The notes: generated by a model from the sequence alone, not told the origin. A stretch of 37,089 nucleotides of DNA from Candidatus Nezhaarchaeota archaeon WYZ-LMO8 (GCA_004347965.1 QNVF01000009.1:1-37089); one strand, 5' to 3'; shown: positions 10,030-20,986, numbered from the stretch's first letter. Translations and numbers: made by a program.

Positions 10030-10194
10030 ATGCCCTCGCACGGCTCATTAACTAAAGCTGGAAAAGTAAGGTCTCAAACTCCTAAAATTCCTCCTAAGCC
10101 TAAGAGGAATCCTGTACCTCGAGTTAGAAATCACAAAGAGTACGTAAGGAGGTTCTTAGCAGTACCAAAGCAGAAAACACCTGCTTCTCCTTAA
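10030..10194 (+). CDS. rps30e: 30S ribosomal protein S30e (54 aa, below the ORF-track cutoff)
   Basis: Manual translation [61 protein letters not shown] upstream; TTTATATT at 9979-9986. Confidence 0.95.
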   Translation: MPSHGSLTKAGKVRSQTPKIPPKPKRNPVPRVRNHKEYVRRFLAVPKQKTPASP

Positions 10195-10300
10195 ATCCTT
10201 AAGCTCTACTTTACCTGCTAAGCTTTGTCCTAGAGGATATTGTAAGCTTATCTTTTTGGAAATACACTTTTCTTACGATACTCCATGATCCTGACAAGCG

Positions 10301-11617
10301 GTGATTAAATTGTCTGAAGGACTTGAGGTACCTCAGCCTCTAAAGTCCTTGAACTTAGAGCCTTACGATAGGGTTCGAGTAACTAAGGGTTCTATGGTGT
10401 ATGAAGGCCTATTAATGCCTAAGACAGAAGTGTTGGGAGACGAGTACGTGCTTATAAAGATGGATAATGGCTATAACGTAGGCTTTAAGCTCTCAGAGGT
10501 CAAGGTCGAACCTATATTGAAAAGCTATCTCACAGCTGTTGAAGGCAAGTCCCCCCTCGAATTGAGGGCAGGGCTACCTAAGGTCACGGTTATAGGGACT
10601 GGAGGTACTATTGCGAGTAAGGTGGAGTACAAGACTGGAGCTGTCTATCCATCACTTTCAGCAGAAGACCTTTATGAGTCCATACCAGAGTTAAGCGAGA
10701 TTGCTATCGTGACTACACGTACACTGCTCAACATCTTTAGTGAAGACATGAGACCTGAGCACTGGTCTATGATAGCCAAAGCAGTAGCGGAGGAAGTAAT
10801 GAAGAATGACGTTAGTGGTGTTGTTGTAGCGCATGGTACTGATACGATGGGGTACACCGCAGCAGCCCTCAGCTTTGCATTGCAGCAATTACCGGTACCT
10901 GTAGCTCTCGTGGGAGCTCAAAGATCATCGGACAGACCATCAAGCGATGCTGCTCTTAACATGTTGGGGGCCACGATAATAGCAGCTCGTGCACCCTTCG
11001 CCGAGGTAGTCGTGGTGATGCACGAGAATATAAGCGACGAGAACTTAATAGCAATACGTGGTACGAGGACCAGGAAGTGCCATACGAGTCGTAGAGATGC
11101 ATTTAAGCCAATAAACGATAGACCAGTGGCTAAAGTGATTAATGGAAGGGATGTATTGGTCTTAGCCAAGGACTTAAGACCTCGTAGTGATGACAGAAAG
11201 AACTTCAAGGTTTACGCCAACTTTGATAAGAGGGCTGCTTTAATCAAGGTCTATCCTGGGATACCCTCTGAAGCAATAGAGTGGACCCTTAACGCTGGCT
11301 ATAAAGGGCTCGTGATCGAGGGAACGGGGCTTGGACATGCTCCAAGTTACGTATTTTCGTCCATCAAAAAACTCATAGATCACGGAATGGTGGTCGCTAT
11401 GACCTCTCAGTGCTTGTGGGGAAGGATCAACATGAATGTCTACAGGACTGGTGTTGAGCTCCTCAGGATGGGTGTAATACCCTGTGAGGACATGCTTCCA
11501 GAAACAGCCCTTGTAAAGTTAATGTGGTGCTTAGCTAACTCCAAGGATGAGCAGGAAGTTAAGAGACTTATGTTAACCAACATAGCTGGAGAGATGAAGT
11601 CGAGAACCGAGCATTGA
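10301..11617 (+). CDS. gatD: Glu-tRNA(Gln) amidotransferase subunit D
   Basis: KMDNGYNVG N-domain, GTGGTIAS, HGTDTM, GAQRSSDRPSSD, HTSRRDAF, DMLPETA.VKLMW. Confidence 0.97.
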   Translation: MIKLSEGLEVPQPLKSLNLEPYDRVRVTKGSMVYEGLLMPKTEVLGDEYVLIKMDNGYNVGFKLSEVKVEPILKSYLTAVEGKSPLELRAGLPKVTVIGTGGTIASKVEYKTGAVYPSLSAEDLYESIPELSEIAIVTTRTLLNIFSEDMRPEHWSMIAKAVAEEVMKNDVSGVVVAHGTDTMGYTAAALSFALQQLPVPVALVGAQRSSDRPSSDAALNMLGATIIAARAPFAEVVVVMHENISDENLIAIRGTRTRKCHTSRRDAFKPINDRPVAKVINGRDVLVLAKDLRPRSDDRKNFKVYANFDKRAALIKVYPGIPSEAIEWTLNAGYKGLVIEGTGLGHAPSYVFSSIKKLIDHGMVVAMTSQCLWGRINMNVYRTGVELLRMGVIPCEDMLPETALVKLMWCLANSKDEQEVKRLMLTNIAGEMKSRTEH

Positions 11618-11628
11618 GGTTGTTACTA

Positions 11629-13551
11629 ATGGTTAGGTATGAAGAGCTAGGTCTAAAAGTTGGTCTTGAACTACATCAACAACTCAACACGAAATTTAAG
11701 CTCTTCTGCTCGTGTCCCACCGTGCTTAGAGATGATGAACCAGATGTAGTCTTCATTAGGAGACTTCGTCCAACACGTAGCGAGTTAGGGGCGGTGGATG
11801 AAGCAGCTTTGCTTGAATACGAGAAGGGGAAGACCTACGTATACCAAGCTTACAGCGATACAACATGTCTCGTCGAAATGGATGAAGAACCTCCTCACTC
11901 ATTAAATGAAGAAGCTTTGGACACAGCTCTACAAGTAGCACTGATGCTTAAAGCTCACGTACCAGACGTGATCCAAGTAATGAGGAAGGTCGTAATAGAT
12001 GGTTCAAACACCACGGGTTTCCAGCGAACAGCAATAATAGCTTTAGGTGGTCCAGAAAGTGTGATACAAGACCCAGATGGTCCCGTACACATCCAGGCTA
12101 TATGCCTTGAAGAAGATGCTGCACGCAAGATAGCAGAAACCGAAGATAAAGTCGTTTTTAGACTTGATAGGCTCGGCATACCTCTCATAGAAATCTCGAC
12201 TGCACCTGAAATAAAAACGCCTGAACAAGCTCAAAGAGTAGCTTTAAAGATTGGTCAGCTTCTTCGAATACTTGGAAAAGTAAAGCGTGGTCTCGGGACT
12301 ATAAGGCAAGACGTGAACATTTCACTAAAGGAAGGAGGGAAAATAGAGATAAAAGGGGTCCAAGACTTAGAGCTCATATCGAAGGTCATTGAATTCGAGG
12401 TTCAAAGGCAGCTTAAGCTGCTGGAGATAAGGGATAAGCTTAAGGAGCGAGGTGTGACTAATGTTGAGAGCGATATAATCGATGCTACTGATGTATTCAA
12501 GAATACTAAGAGCAAGATAATCCTACAAGGAGTGCAAAGAGGTCATAAGGTAATGGCCATAAGGCTTAAAGGCTTCTCAGGCCTATTAGGACTAGAAGTT
12601 CAACCAGATAGAAGATTTGGAACAGAGCTTAAGGACTATGCTATCGTATGGGGAGGGGTTAAAGGCATCTTCCATACAGATGAGATGCCAGCTTACGGGG
12701 TAACAGAAGCCGAGGTCAATGAGCTTAAGAGGAAGCTTAATTGTGGTCCAACCGACGCCGCTGTCTTCGTCGTCGATGAAGAGGAGAAGGCAGTAAAAGC
12801 TTTGCAAGCAGTGTTAAGACGATGTAAAGAAGCTTTGAATGGTATTCCGGATGAAACTAGAGCAGCAAATCCTGATGGCACTACGCGGTACATGAGGCCA
12901 AGACCTGGAGCTTCTCGTATGTACCCTGAGACTGATGTGAGACCTATAATAATAACTAGGGAGAGGTTAGAAAGGCTTTCAAGTTCATTACCAGAAATGC
13001 CCGAACAGAAGTTAAGAAGGTTTATCGAAGAGTATGGATTGAGCAAGGATCTAGCTTTGTTAATGATTAACTCGTATCGCTTAGATTTATTTGAAAAGAT
13101 AGTCTCAGCTGTCCCTCAAGTAAGCCCGACATTAGTTGCCACAACCTTGGAGTACACGTGGAAGAGCTTGAAGAGAGAAGGTGTTTCTTTAGATCAAATA
13201 GATGAATTCAAGTTACTCGAGCTCTTTAGGATTGTAGGGCAAGGCCTCATAGCTAAAGAGGCCATACCAGAAGTGCTTAGGGTTATAGCTGAAAATCCTA
13301 ATTTCTCCGTAGTAGAAGCGATAGAAAAGTTAGGATTCAAGGCCGTCTCGTTAGATGAAGTTCGAAGCCTAGTAGATCGTATAATAGAGGAGAACGCTGT
13401 TCTCATTGAGGGGAAGGGGGAGAGAGCCTTCAAATTAGTAATGGGTAAAGTGATGTCGATCTTAAGAGGCAAGATTGATGGAAAGCTCGTAAGTGATATA
13501 GTCAAGGAGAGAGTTGAGAACTTTATGCGATCGAGAGCTGAGACAAAGTGA
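11629..13551 (+). CDS. gatE: Glu-tRNA(Gln) amidotransferase subunit E
   Basis: GLKVGLELHQQL, DEEPPH, MRKVVIDGSNTTGFQRT, LDRLGIPLIEI, GTIRQDVN, RPRPGASRMYPETD. ATG at 11629 follows GAGGT (ORF track starts at 11614). Confidence 0.97.
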   Translation: MVRYEELGLKVGLELHQQLNTKFKLFCSCPTVLRDDEPDVVFIRRLRPTRSELGAVDEAALLEYEKGKTYVYQAYSDTTCLVEMDEEPPHSLNEEALDTALQVALMLKAHVPDVIQVMRKVVIDGSNTTGFQRTAIIALGGPESVIQDPDGPVHIQAICLEEDAARKIAETEDKVVFRLDRLGIPLIEISTAPEIKTPEQAQRVALKIGQLLRILGKVKRGLGTIRQDVNISLKEGGKIEIKGVQDLELISKVIEFEVQRQLKLLEIRDKLKERGVTNVESDIIDATDVFKNTKSKIILQGVQRGHKVMAIRLKGFSGLLGLEVQPDRRFGTELKDYAIVWGGVKGIFHTDEMPAYGVTEAEVNELKRKLNCGPTDAAVFVVDEEEKAVKALQAVLRRCKEALNGIPDETRAANPDGTTRYMRPRPGASRMYPETDVRPIIITRERLERLSSSLPEMPEQKLRRFIEEYGLSKDLALLMINSYRLDLFEKIVSAVPQVSPTLVATTLEYTWKSLKREGVSLDQIDEFKLLELFRIVGQGLIAKEAIPEVLRVIAENPNFSVVEAIEKLGFKAVSLDEVRSLVDRIIEENAVLIEGKGERAFKLVMGKVMSILRGKIDGKLVSDIVKERVENFMRSRAETK

Positions 13552-14231
13552 AGGTAGCTTGTCTATGGAGTGGAGGTAAGGACAGCGCGTATGCTTGTTA
13601 CTTAGCTTTGAATATGGGCTTCGAGGTTAAGAGAATCGTCACCTTCCTCCCTCAAGATCCTGAATCTAAGCTTTTCCACGTACCTAACATTAAATGGACC
13701 ACTCTACAGGCTGAATCAATTAAGCTTCCTCAAGATATTATAAGCGTCCCAAAGAATTCTGAACGCGAAACCCTACATCAAGCTCTTTTGTGGTTAAAGA
13801 GCATGTATGGACTTGAAGGCATAGTTACGGGTGTGATAGCAAGTAACTATCAGAGGAGAGTATTGCAAGAGGTTTGTGATGAAGTTGGCTTGCAATTGAT
13901 AACCCCAATATGGGGGTGTGATCAATTTGAGCTGGTCCATAACATTATTCGTGAGGGGTTTAAGGCGATGATAGTTGGCGTCTATGCTGAAGGTTTAACA
14001 CAACAATGGTTAGGTAGAGAGGTGGACGAGACTTTCCTTAGGTATTTAAGAGAACTTTCAAGTACTTGGAGTATAAATCCATGTGGTGAGGGAGGAGAAT
14101 ACGAGACCTTCGTGGTTGATGCCCCCTACTTCACGAGGAGAGTGAAGGTATTAGATTACAAGGTTATGTGGTACAGGAATTGGGGTGAATTAATAATCTT
14201 AAACGCTATGTTAACTGAGAAAGAGAGCTGA
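13548..14231 (+). CDS. Diphthine--ammonia ligase (Dph6) family PP-loop ATPase
   Basis: SGGKDS, FHVPN, G.IASNYQ, P.W, PCGEGGEYETFVVDAP.F. Confidence 0.9.
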   Translation: MKVACLWSGGKDSAYACYLALNMGFEVKRIVTFLPQDPESKLFHVPNIKWTTLQAESIKLPQDIISVPKNSERETLHQALLWLKSMYGLEGIVTGVIASNYQRRVLQEVCDEVGLQLITPIWGCDQFELVHNIIREGFKAMIVGVYAEGLTQQWLGREVDETFLRYLRELSSTWSINPCGEGGEYETFVVDAPYFTRRVKVLDYKVMWYRNWGELIILNAMLTEKES

Positions 14232-14237
14232 TGGTGA

Positions 14238-15110
14238 TTGTCGGTCGTAGCTTCATTAATGAAGGCGCTCAAGGATTACGATTTTAAAATCTTGTTAGCG
14301 ATGGAAAGGCTTCATTTAAGGTACGAGTACATTCCAGTTGACGTTTTAGCAAAGCAATTGAGGAAATCAGCTGAAATTCTCTTAGAGCATCTGGACAAGC
14401 TTCATAAGCTTGGTTTTGTGGGCCGTAGAAAGCAAGACTATTTGGGGTATACCTTAAGACAGTATGGTCGTGATGCGCTAGCCCTCAAGCACTTTGTTAA
14501 TCAAGGGGTTCTTGATGCCGTCGGCATAAAGTTAAGTGTGGGTAAGGAAGCTGACGTGTACGATGGTTTATCACCATCAGGATACAGAGTAGCCATAAAG
14601 TTTCATAGAGTTGGAAGGTCTAGCTTTAAGCAGACTAAAAGGTTGAGGACATATGGAGAAGTAACATCATGGTATAGACAGTCCTGCATTGCAGCTAAGA
14701 GGGAGTATGAAGCCCTTGAGACCTTATACCCCTTAGGAGTTAAGGTACCTAAACCAATAGCTTACAATAGACACGCAATCATAATGGACATAATAATCGG
14801 GGATCCTCTTTACGTAATTACAGATCTACCAGATCCTCAACATGTGTTCTACGAAATAATTGAAAATGTCAAAAAAGCTTACCAGGAAGCATCAATAATA
14901 CACGCTGATCTCAGCGAGTTCAACGTCATAGTAAAACCAGACTTCGACATTCTTATAATAGATTGGCCACAGTGGATCCCCAAGAATCATCCTAGAAGCT
15001 TTGAGTACCTCAAGCGTGATGTAGTCAACCTCTCACGCTTCTTTACTAGAAGGTTCGGCTTAAATGTGGAAGTCGATAAGGTGCTAAAGGATATTAGGAG
15101 CGAATCCTAG
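14238..15110 (+). CDS. rio2: RIO2-type serine/threonine kinase
   Basis: N-terminal wHTH, VGKEADVY, KFHRVGRSSF, VPKP...NRHAI, IHADLSEFN, IDWPQ, RDV.N...FF. Confidence 0.92.
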   Translation: MSVVASLMKALKDYDFKILLAMERLHLRYEYIPVDVLAKQLRKSAEILLEHLDKLHKLGFVGRRKQDYLGYTLRQYGRDALALKHFVNQGVLDAVGIKLSVGKEADVYDGLSPSGYRVAIKFHRVGRSSFKQTKRLRTYGEVTSWYRQSCIAAKREYEALETLYPLGVKVPKPIAYNRHAIIMDIIIGDPLYVITDLPDPQHVFYEIIENVKKAYQEASIIHADLSEFNVIVKPDFDILIIDWPQWIPKNHPRSFEYLKRDVVNLSRFFTRRFGLNVEVDKVLKDIRSES

Positions 15111-15172
15111 TTTATCTCACCACACCTCAATACCGAGACTCAGGTTATTGCGTAATGAGGTAGGAGGTCTTC

Positions 15173-17233
15173 GTGAATTCTCAAGAGTTACTTAATAGAC
15201 AACGCACAATAATGGGCCTAGATCTAGCGCCATCACTACAACGTACACGTGAGTATGCATTAGCAATTGTCGACGAGAAAGGTTTCGTGTTAGATCGTAG
15301 GGATAGAGTAGACTGGAGGACTATTCTTCACTTATTAAGGAAGTACCACGTAGATACGATAGCTGTAGACAACATCTATGAGATAGGTGAGTCCATAAAT
15401 GAAGTCAAGAAGCAGTTAAGCAAAGTGATAGATAGAGTAAGGCTTGTCGAAGTTACTAGAATCGGTGAGCATAATGTAAAGCTAACGGAACTAGCCTTTA
15501 AAGAGGGTCTTTTCAGCGAAAGAGTTTCACACTTCTCACCACTTCAAGCAGCTGAAGTGTCAGCTTTACTTGCCTTGAGAGGCATAGGTACGATCATACT
15601 TGAACCCTCAACAATCAGGACAGCGATAATCATATCGAGAGGAAGGAGCCTTGGCCCAGGCGGTATGAGCCAAGGGAGATATAGCCGCTCTCAGCTTTCA
15701 GCTGTAAGACAGGTGACTAGCCTATTACTTGATGAATTTAAGAAGCACATAAAGGCTGACGAAGTAGAGTACTATGTACAACGATCTAGATTCGGTTTTG
15801 AGAGAAGCATCATTTTACTTAACTTACCACCTTCGCAGGTCAAGAGGTTGTTAAAGCCCCTCAGAGATTTGATAAAGAAAAGTGGTGTTAACTTAAGGAT
15901 AGTGGCTAGGATCCCTACCTTCGATGAGAAGCGGATAGGCCATGAGAATCACGAAGAGCGGCCCATCATAGTTGGCTTAGACCCTGGAATAGTTACCGGT
16001 GTTGCAGTGATAGATCTGTGTGGTAACCTCTTATTTGTAGGTAGTGGGCTTGCTCTCGATAAAATGACAATAGTGGAGACGGTGACGAGATTTGGTAATC
16101 CAATTGTTATCGCCTCAGATGTGAGACGTGCACCCGTAATCGTAGAGAAGATAGCATCTCTTTTGGAATGTGCTATTTATTCTCCACCTAGAGACTTAAG
16201 TGTGGATGAGAAGAGACGCATGGTACAAGAGCACATAACTGACTTTAAGAATGTTATTAAGAACACACATCAAAGAGACGCCGTAGCAGCAGCACTTAAA
16301 GCCTACTTTAACTTTAAGAACAAGTTCATGCAGCTAGAAGCTAAGGCAAAGGAGCTAAACCTCACCCGTCCTCAAATAGAAAAAGCGAAAGCTCTCTTAA
16401 TCAAGGGATTAAAAATAAGGGAGGCCTTAGAGAAGGTCATGTCTACTGAAGAGCTCAATAAGAGCTCTACCTCTCTTCAAGTAGATCCAGAAGTTCAGAG
16501 ATTGAAGCAAGAGCTTTCTAAACTTAGAGATAAAATCGAGGAGCAAAGTAGATTAATAAGAGAGCTTGAAGAATCTCGTCTTCGACTATTTAATCAATTG
16601 AGAGAGAAGGAAGCAATGGTTGAGGAGCTTGAAGAGAAGCTTATGAAGTTATCTCTCAAAGTGCAGGAACCCTCGCAAGAGGATGAAACTATTAAGAGAA
16701 GGCTTGAAGTCTCCATAAAAACCGTAAGCGAGTTGAGGTCAAAGGTTGAAGATCTAGAGAGAGCACTTGAAGCATTAAAATGTTTGATTAAGAAGGTAGC
16801 TAAAGGCGACGTGGTGATAGTTAAAGAGGTGCGCACCATAACTAAGAGGTCCGTGGAAGAGGCTACAAAATATGAGGTCCTAAGTGGAGGAGAGATAGTC
16901 CTTATTCAAGATCCTTCATCCTCCAATGTCGAAGGATTTTATCAATTACTAAAAGTACAGCCTCAAGCTATCATAACTTCGACCAGTAAAGTGCCAGAAG
17001 AGGTACGAGGATTGCTTGAAGAGAATTGTATTCCTTTAATAGATGTGGAAGAGGTCAAGATAGAAAGGGTACTGGACTTCCTCTATACTTCCTCAGCAAT
17101 TAAGGATTTAATAAGGACTAGGAGAGATGAGCTGCTTTCTAAGAGAGATAGAAGCCTAAGGAAGAAGTTTATGGAGATGCTACAGAGGTATCGTGAAGAA
17201 AGAGCTAGAGAGTTAGTGAAGGAACGGATGTAA
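15173..17233 (+). CDS. DUF460 family protein (RNase H-like folds plus coiled coil)
   Basis: MGLDL, AVDNIYE, ISRGRSLGPGGMSQGRY, IVGLDPGIVTGVA, ASDV, HQRDA.AAA and a long coiled coil. Confidence 0.85.
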   Translation: MNSQELLNRQRTIMGLDLAPSLQRTREYALAIVDEKGFVLDRRDRVDWRTILHLLRKYHVDTIAVDNIYEIGESINEVKKQLSKVIDRVRLVEVTRIGEHNVKLTELAFKEGLFSERVSHFSPLQAAEVSALLALRGIGTIILEPSTIRTAIIISRGRSLGPGGMSQGRYSRSQLSAVRQVTSLLLDEFKKHIKADEVEYYVQRSRFGFERSIILLNLPPSQVKRLLKPLRDLIKKSGVNLRIVARIPTFDEKRIGHENHEERPIIVGLDPGIVTGVAVIDLCGNLLFVGSGLALDKMTIVETVTRFGNPIVIASDVRRAPVIVEKIASLLECAIYSPPRDLSVDEKRRMVQEHITDFKNVIKNTHQRDAVAAALKAYFNFKNKFMQLEAKAKELNLTRPQIEKAKALLIKGLKIREALEKVMSTEELNKSSTSLQVDPEVQRLKQELSKLRDKIEEQSRLIRELEESRLRLFNQLREKEAMVEELEEKLMKLSLKVQEPSQEDETIKRRLEVSIKTVSELRSKVEDLERALEALKCLIKKVAKGDVVIVKEVRTITKRSVEEATKYEVLSGGEIVLIQDPSSSNVEGFYQLLKVQPQAIITSTSKVPEEVRGLLEENCIPLIDVEEVKIERVLDFLYTSSAIKDLIRTRRDELLSKRDRSLRKKFMEMLQRYREERARELVKERM

Positions 17234-18467
17234 GATATTCGTCAAGATCTAGTGATGTTTTTAATAGTTGTTCTTTGATTTTAATCACGTTTTCAAGCTC
17301 TGCTTGAACAATGCTTTCAACCTCATATCTCATGAGCTCCACGTGAACTCCTTGTTGAGGTACAATCTTAACGTCTACTATTAGCGGCTTATTAATAGGA
17401 TGTCCTATGCGGCTTAGCATGTAGACGTAGACCTCCTTAACCTTACGCGTCTCTCTGTAAATCTTACTTGCTATGTTCGTTGACACTATGTTGTATATCT
17501 TGCCTACATGACTTACAGGGTTCTTTCCCGCAACAGCTTCTAACGACATGTACCTATTTGGTGTTATAAGCCCATTAGCCCTATTGCCTCTTCCGGTATT
17601 GCCATCATCACCTGCCTCTGCTGAAGTTCCAGTAACAGTCAAGTATATGAGCCCAAGTTCGGGCTTGTCAGCGACATTAACCTTCACGTCCACATCAACG
17701 TCATACTTGGATGCTATCTTTAGCGTGTCTTCCTTGACTTCCTCTTTAACCTTTAAGTAGTCATCAAGCGACTTTATGTAGAAGCTTATCATAGCACAAG
17801 CTATTGTAAGATCGACTTTTCTACCCCTTCTTAGCGCTAAAACCTTTATGTCTTCTCCAACAGCCGGATTCTTCTTTTTGTAATCTGGAGAGTTAAGCGT
17901 CTTCTCGACTTCTAGCACTAGCTTCTCAGTATCAGTTAGTGGAGCATATCCAACTCCAAATGAAGTGTCATTGGCAAGGGGCACGCTTCCTCCAAGCTCA
18001 AAGACCTTAACTAAATCAACGGATCCCTGTTTAATTTTGTAGTCCAAGATTATGTGAATATCAGGATCTAAATGCCTAAAGGTCTGCTTTATACGTTCTT
18101 TCATAGCTTTAAGCGCTATGGATCCTATGGGCACCATCTCTATACTATTCCCCTTCATTACGTGAGTTACAGCGCGCCCAGCAACTGCAATGTAAATAGG
18201 TTCGCATAGAACTCCACCACCATATCTTGGAATTGCTCTACCACCCACAACTAGTGCCTTATCAACGTTATGATGCAGGATGGTCCCGTAATTCTCTAAG
18301 TAATATTTGCATAGCTCTCTGCAAACAGCTTCAGATAGACTATCAGCCAGAGTGTCTGGATGACCTTTACCTTTTCTTTCAACTATCTCAACTTCCTGTT
18401 CGTAAACAGCTTTTTGAGCTAGCTCCTCTACAGTTATGAAGCTAGCTTCATGCCGCAAGACCATCAC
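17205..18467 (-). CDS. mat: Archaeal S-adenosylmethionine synthetase
   Basis: [72 protein letters not shown]. Confidence 0.97.
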   Translation of the reverse strand: MMVLRHEASFITVEELAQKAVYEQEVEIVERKGKGHPDTLADSLSEAVCRELCKYYLENYGTILHHNVDKALVVGGRAIPRYGGGVLCEPIYIAVAGRAVTHVMKGNSIEMVPIGSIALKAMKERIKQTFRHLDPDIHIILDYKIKQGSVDLVKVFELGGSVPLANDTSFGVGYAPLTDTEKLVLEVEKTLNSPDYKKKNPAVGEDIKVLALRRGRKVDLTIACAMISFYIKSLDDYLKVKEEVKEDTLKIASKYDVDVDVKVNVADKPELGLIYLTVTGTSAEAGDDGNTGRGNRANGLITPNRYMSLEAVAGKNPVSHVGKIYNIVSTNIASKIYRETRKVKEVYVYMLSRIGHPINKPLIVDVKIVPQQGVHVELMRYEVESIVQAELENVIKIKEQLLKTSLDLDEYLTSVPSLTL

Positions 18468-18506
18468 TCATCCTTGATCCGTTTAATAGCACTTCTTTCT
18501 ATTCTT

Positions 18507-18737
18507 CTACTCTTTTAATTTTACAAATAAGATGTTGCTTCCTCTAATCAGTACTTTGCCGTACTTGGCTATTGGCCCCTCTTCCTCATTGATCTCCTCG
18601 GCATCATTTAAAAGAAGGTTCATACATTGATCGCATTTTTCAAGTATTCCACGACAACTCCTTCCGTCCTTAAGTCTTACTACAACCTCGCCATTAACGG
18701 CCTTCATCAACAACTTCAAGGGATCACTTTTAACCAT
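18507..18737 (-). CDS. Sm-like (LSm/SmAP) protein
   Basis: V.VRLKDGR...GIL...DQCMNLLL.DAEE...GKVLIRGSNILFV; lies upstream of mat, a crenarchaeal arrangement. Confidence 0.93.
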   Translation of the reverse strand: MVKSDPLKLLMKAVNGEVVVRLKDGRSCRGILEKCDQCMNLLLNDAEEINEEEGPIAKYGKVLIRGSNILFVKLKE

Positions 18738-18864
18738 GCCTTCTCACTTCTCCATCATACACTTTACCCCTTTACTACATATACTAAAAAACTTTATCGC
18801 TAGCAGCTAAGTGTGAGAAAGGTTTTAGACGTAAAATTCTCTTTATACTGCAGGTGCAACTTGA

Positions 18865-20190
18865 TTGACAATAATCGAAGCAGCTAGACGAGGAGTTGCC
18901 TTAGAGGAGTTCAGGATAGTCGCTTTAAAGGAAGACGTTGACGTTTCTTTTATAATTAGGGGAGTGGCTAGTGGTAGGATAGTAATACCGAAGAATGTAG
19001 CTAGAGACCATGTCGATCCCATAGGAATAGGTGAAGGACTTAGAGCTAAGGTCAATGCGAACGTTGGCTCCTCCATGGATTTCTCGGATGTTAACGTGGA
19101 GGTTGAAAAAGCTAAGTTAGCAGTTAAGTACGGAGCAGACACGATAATGGACCTCTCAACCTCAGATCAAATGGATGAGGTGCGTAGAGCCATCATAAAG
19201 AACATCAATACTCCGATAGGAACAGTTCCTATATACGAAGCTGCACACATGGCTTTAAGGAGATACGGCTCCATAGTTCACATGACCATCGACGACGTTA
19301 TGAAAGCCATAGAGCTGCATGCAAAGGATGGCGTAGACTTTATGACTATTCATGCAGGTGTTACCAAAGAAGCTGTAGACTTCCTAAAAAATCATCCAAG
19401 AGTAGCTGGTATAGTGAGTAGAGGTGGGGCCATCATAGCAGCATGGATGATACATAATGAACGCGAAAACCCTCTTCTCGAACACTACGACTTAATACTT
19501 GACTTAGCTAGAGAGTACGACTTCGCAATAAGCTTAGGTGATGGGCTTAGACCCGGTTGTCAAGCTGACGCTAACGATGTAGCTCAGATAACTGAGCTTC
19601 TCACAGTAAGCAAACTCGTTAAAAGAACGAGGGCAAAAAGTGTTCAGGTTATAGTTGAAGGTCCAGGACACATGCCTATAAATCAAATAGAACACCACAT
19701 AAAGCAAGCGAAGATACTGACAGATCACGCACCACTATACACTCTAGGGCCAATAGTAACGGACATAGCTCCAGGCTACGACCACATAACCTTAGCGATA
19801 GGAGGAGCACTAGCAGTAGCTGCTGGCGTAGACTATTTATGTGCTGTATACCCCTCCGAGCATCTGGGAATCCCACTACCTGAGGATGTGAAGCATGGCA
19901 TCATAGCGAGCAGGATAGCTGCACACGCTGGAGACATAGTTAGACTGGGCGAAAAGGCCCTTAAATGGGATTTAGAGCTTTCAAAAGCTAGGGCAGCGCT
20001 CAATTGGAAGACGCAGTTTAAACTGGCAATAGATCCTGAGACGGCCATGAAGATACATAGTAGAGTACCTTCTAAGAGTGGAGCATGCTCTGTGTGTGGT
20101 GAGTACTGTGTATACCTCATACTTTCCAGGTTCTTGGGTCAAAAAGTGAATCAAAGAAGCTTCACAGGGTCATGCTACTACATGTCGTGA
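18865..20190 (+). CDS. thiC: Phosphomethylpyrimidine synthase ThiC family radical-SAM enzyme
   Basis: KVNANVGSS, GADTIMDLST, GTVPIY, DFMTIHAG, SRGG, SLGDGLRPG, EGPGH, APGYDHI, C-terminal CSVCGEYC. Confidence 0.88.
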   Translation: MTIIEAARRGVALEEFRIVALKEDVDVSFIIRGVASGRIVIPKNVARDHVDPIGIGEGLRAKVNANVGSSMDFSDVNVEVEKAKLAVKYGADTIMDLSTSDQMDEVRRAIIKNINTPIGTVPIYEAAHMALRRYGSIVHMTIDDVMKAIELHAKDGVDFMTIHAGVTKEAVDFLKNHPRVAGIVSRGGAIIAAWMIHNERENPLLEHYDLILDLAREYDFAISLGDGLRPGCQADANDVAQITELLTVSKLVKRTRAKSVQVIVEGPGHMPINQIEHHIKQAKILTDHAPLYTLGPIVTDIAPGYDHITLAIGGALAVAAGVDYLCAVYPSEHLGIPLPEDVKHGIIASRIAAHAGDIVRLGEKALKWDLELSKARAALNWKTQFKLAIDPETAMKIHSRVPSKSGACSVCGEYCVYLILSRFLGQKVNQRSFTGSCYYMS

Positions 20191-20720
20191 CATGAAATCA
20201 TCTCTGCATAACCTCTACGTATAAGCTCCTTACCTGAAAGCCTCAAAGCTGATAGAGTCTCTAGCACCTTGCTGAGAACGTCTTTCATTCCGACTTCACT
20301 AGCGAGGACCTCTATTTCTAGGAACGAACCTAAACTCTCCACCTCATCTACATTTATTGTGCATTCACCAAGATGGAAGCTCCACCTCCTCTTTCTGACT
20401 ACTAAGCTCTCCTTGAATCCAAGATGTCTAAGAAGCTGTAAGAGGTTGTCCACATCTTCCTCTCTTATCCTCACTTCGAACTCCAAGCTTTCTTTAAGCT
20501 CCTTACTAGGCCTTTTATGTTTGAAGATTAGCTTGGCTTCCCCATCACTCTTCCTAAGCTTGAGCGTCTTGTCTATGCCAAGTGAAGGATCGTGTGTGCT
20601 TATGAAGAATACGTCCTCTTCCTCGCATATCTTCTCAGTAGAGCAAGTCTCTCTAAGTTTCTTTAAAACTTCTTGCTTCTCCTCTTCACTTAGAACTACC
20701 TTAACCTCAACCTCTATCAA
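20178..20720 (-). CDS. CYTH-domain protein (class IV adenylate cyclase / triphosphate tunnel enzyme)
   Basis: EVEVK, EEDVFF, LKLR, LGF....V.K.R, D.VE.LG.FLEIE, GY.E. Confidence 0.88.
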   Translation of the reverse strand: MIEVEVKVVLSEEEKQEVLKKLRETCSTEKICEEEDVFFISTHDPSLGIDKTLKLRKSDGEAKLIFKHKRPSKELKESLEFEVRIREEDVDNLLQLLRHLGFKESLVVRKRRWSFHLGECTINVDEVESLGSFLEIEVLASEVGMKDVLSKVLETLSALRLSGKELIRRGYAEMISCHDM

Positions 20721-20986
20721 CTTAATTTCTCCTCTAATTGATATAGCAAGGACAGTATGCTTTCAAGTTCTCCTCTCTTTTTCAATTTCTTTGAAAGTCT
20801 TCTAGCATCATCTCTCATGCCCGACTTATTGAGCATCCTCACTATTCTAGTTAAGGCTTTAACACCATCAGAGTTAAGCTCACCTCGACTACTCATACGA
20901 TCAAGCTTACTCATGAAATCTCTTATCGCTCTCTTAGCTTCAACTACATGTAAATTGGTATCCTCGTTCTTCCTCACACTTCCCAT
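20717..20986 (-). CDS. Hypothetical basic helical protein (89 aa)
   Basis: ATG ORF with GAGGG upstream; its stop overlaps the CYTH start by 4 nt; no recognisable motif. Confidence 0.6.
   Translation of the reverse strand: MGSVRKNEDTNLHVVEAKRAIRDFMSKLDRMSSRGELNSDGVKALTRIVRMLNKSGMRDDARRLSKKLKKRGELESILSLLYQLEEKLS

Noticed and set aside
10002..10030. ATGATGA box-C-like motif upstream of rps30e
   Set aside because: No box D (CTGA) at a suitable distance; more likely just the 5' UTR.
15124..15160. Imperfect hairpin between rio2 and the DUF460 gene
   Set aside because: Weak pairing, no U-tract, no complete C/D or H/ACA signature.
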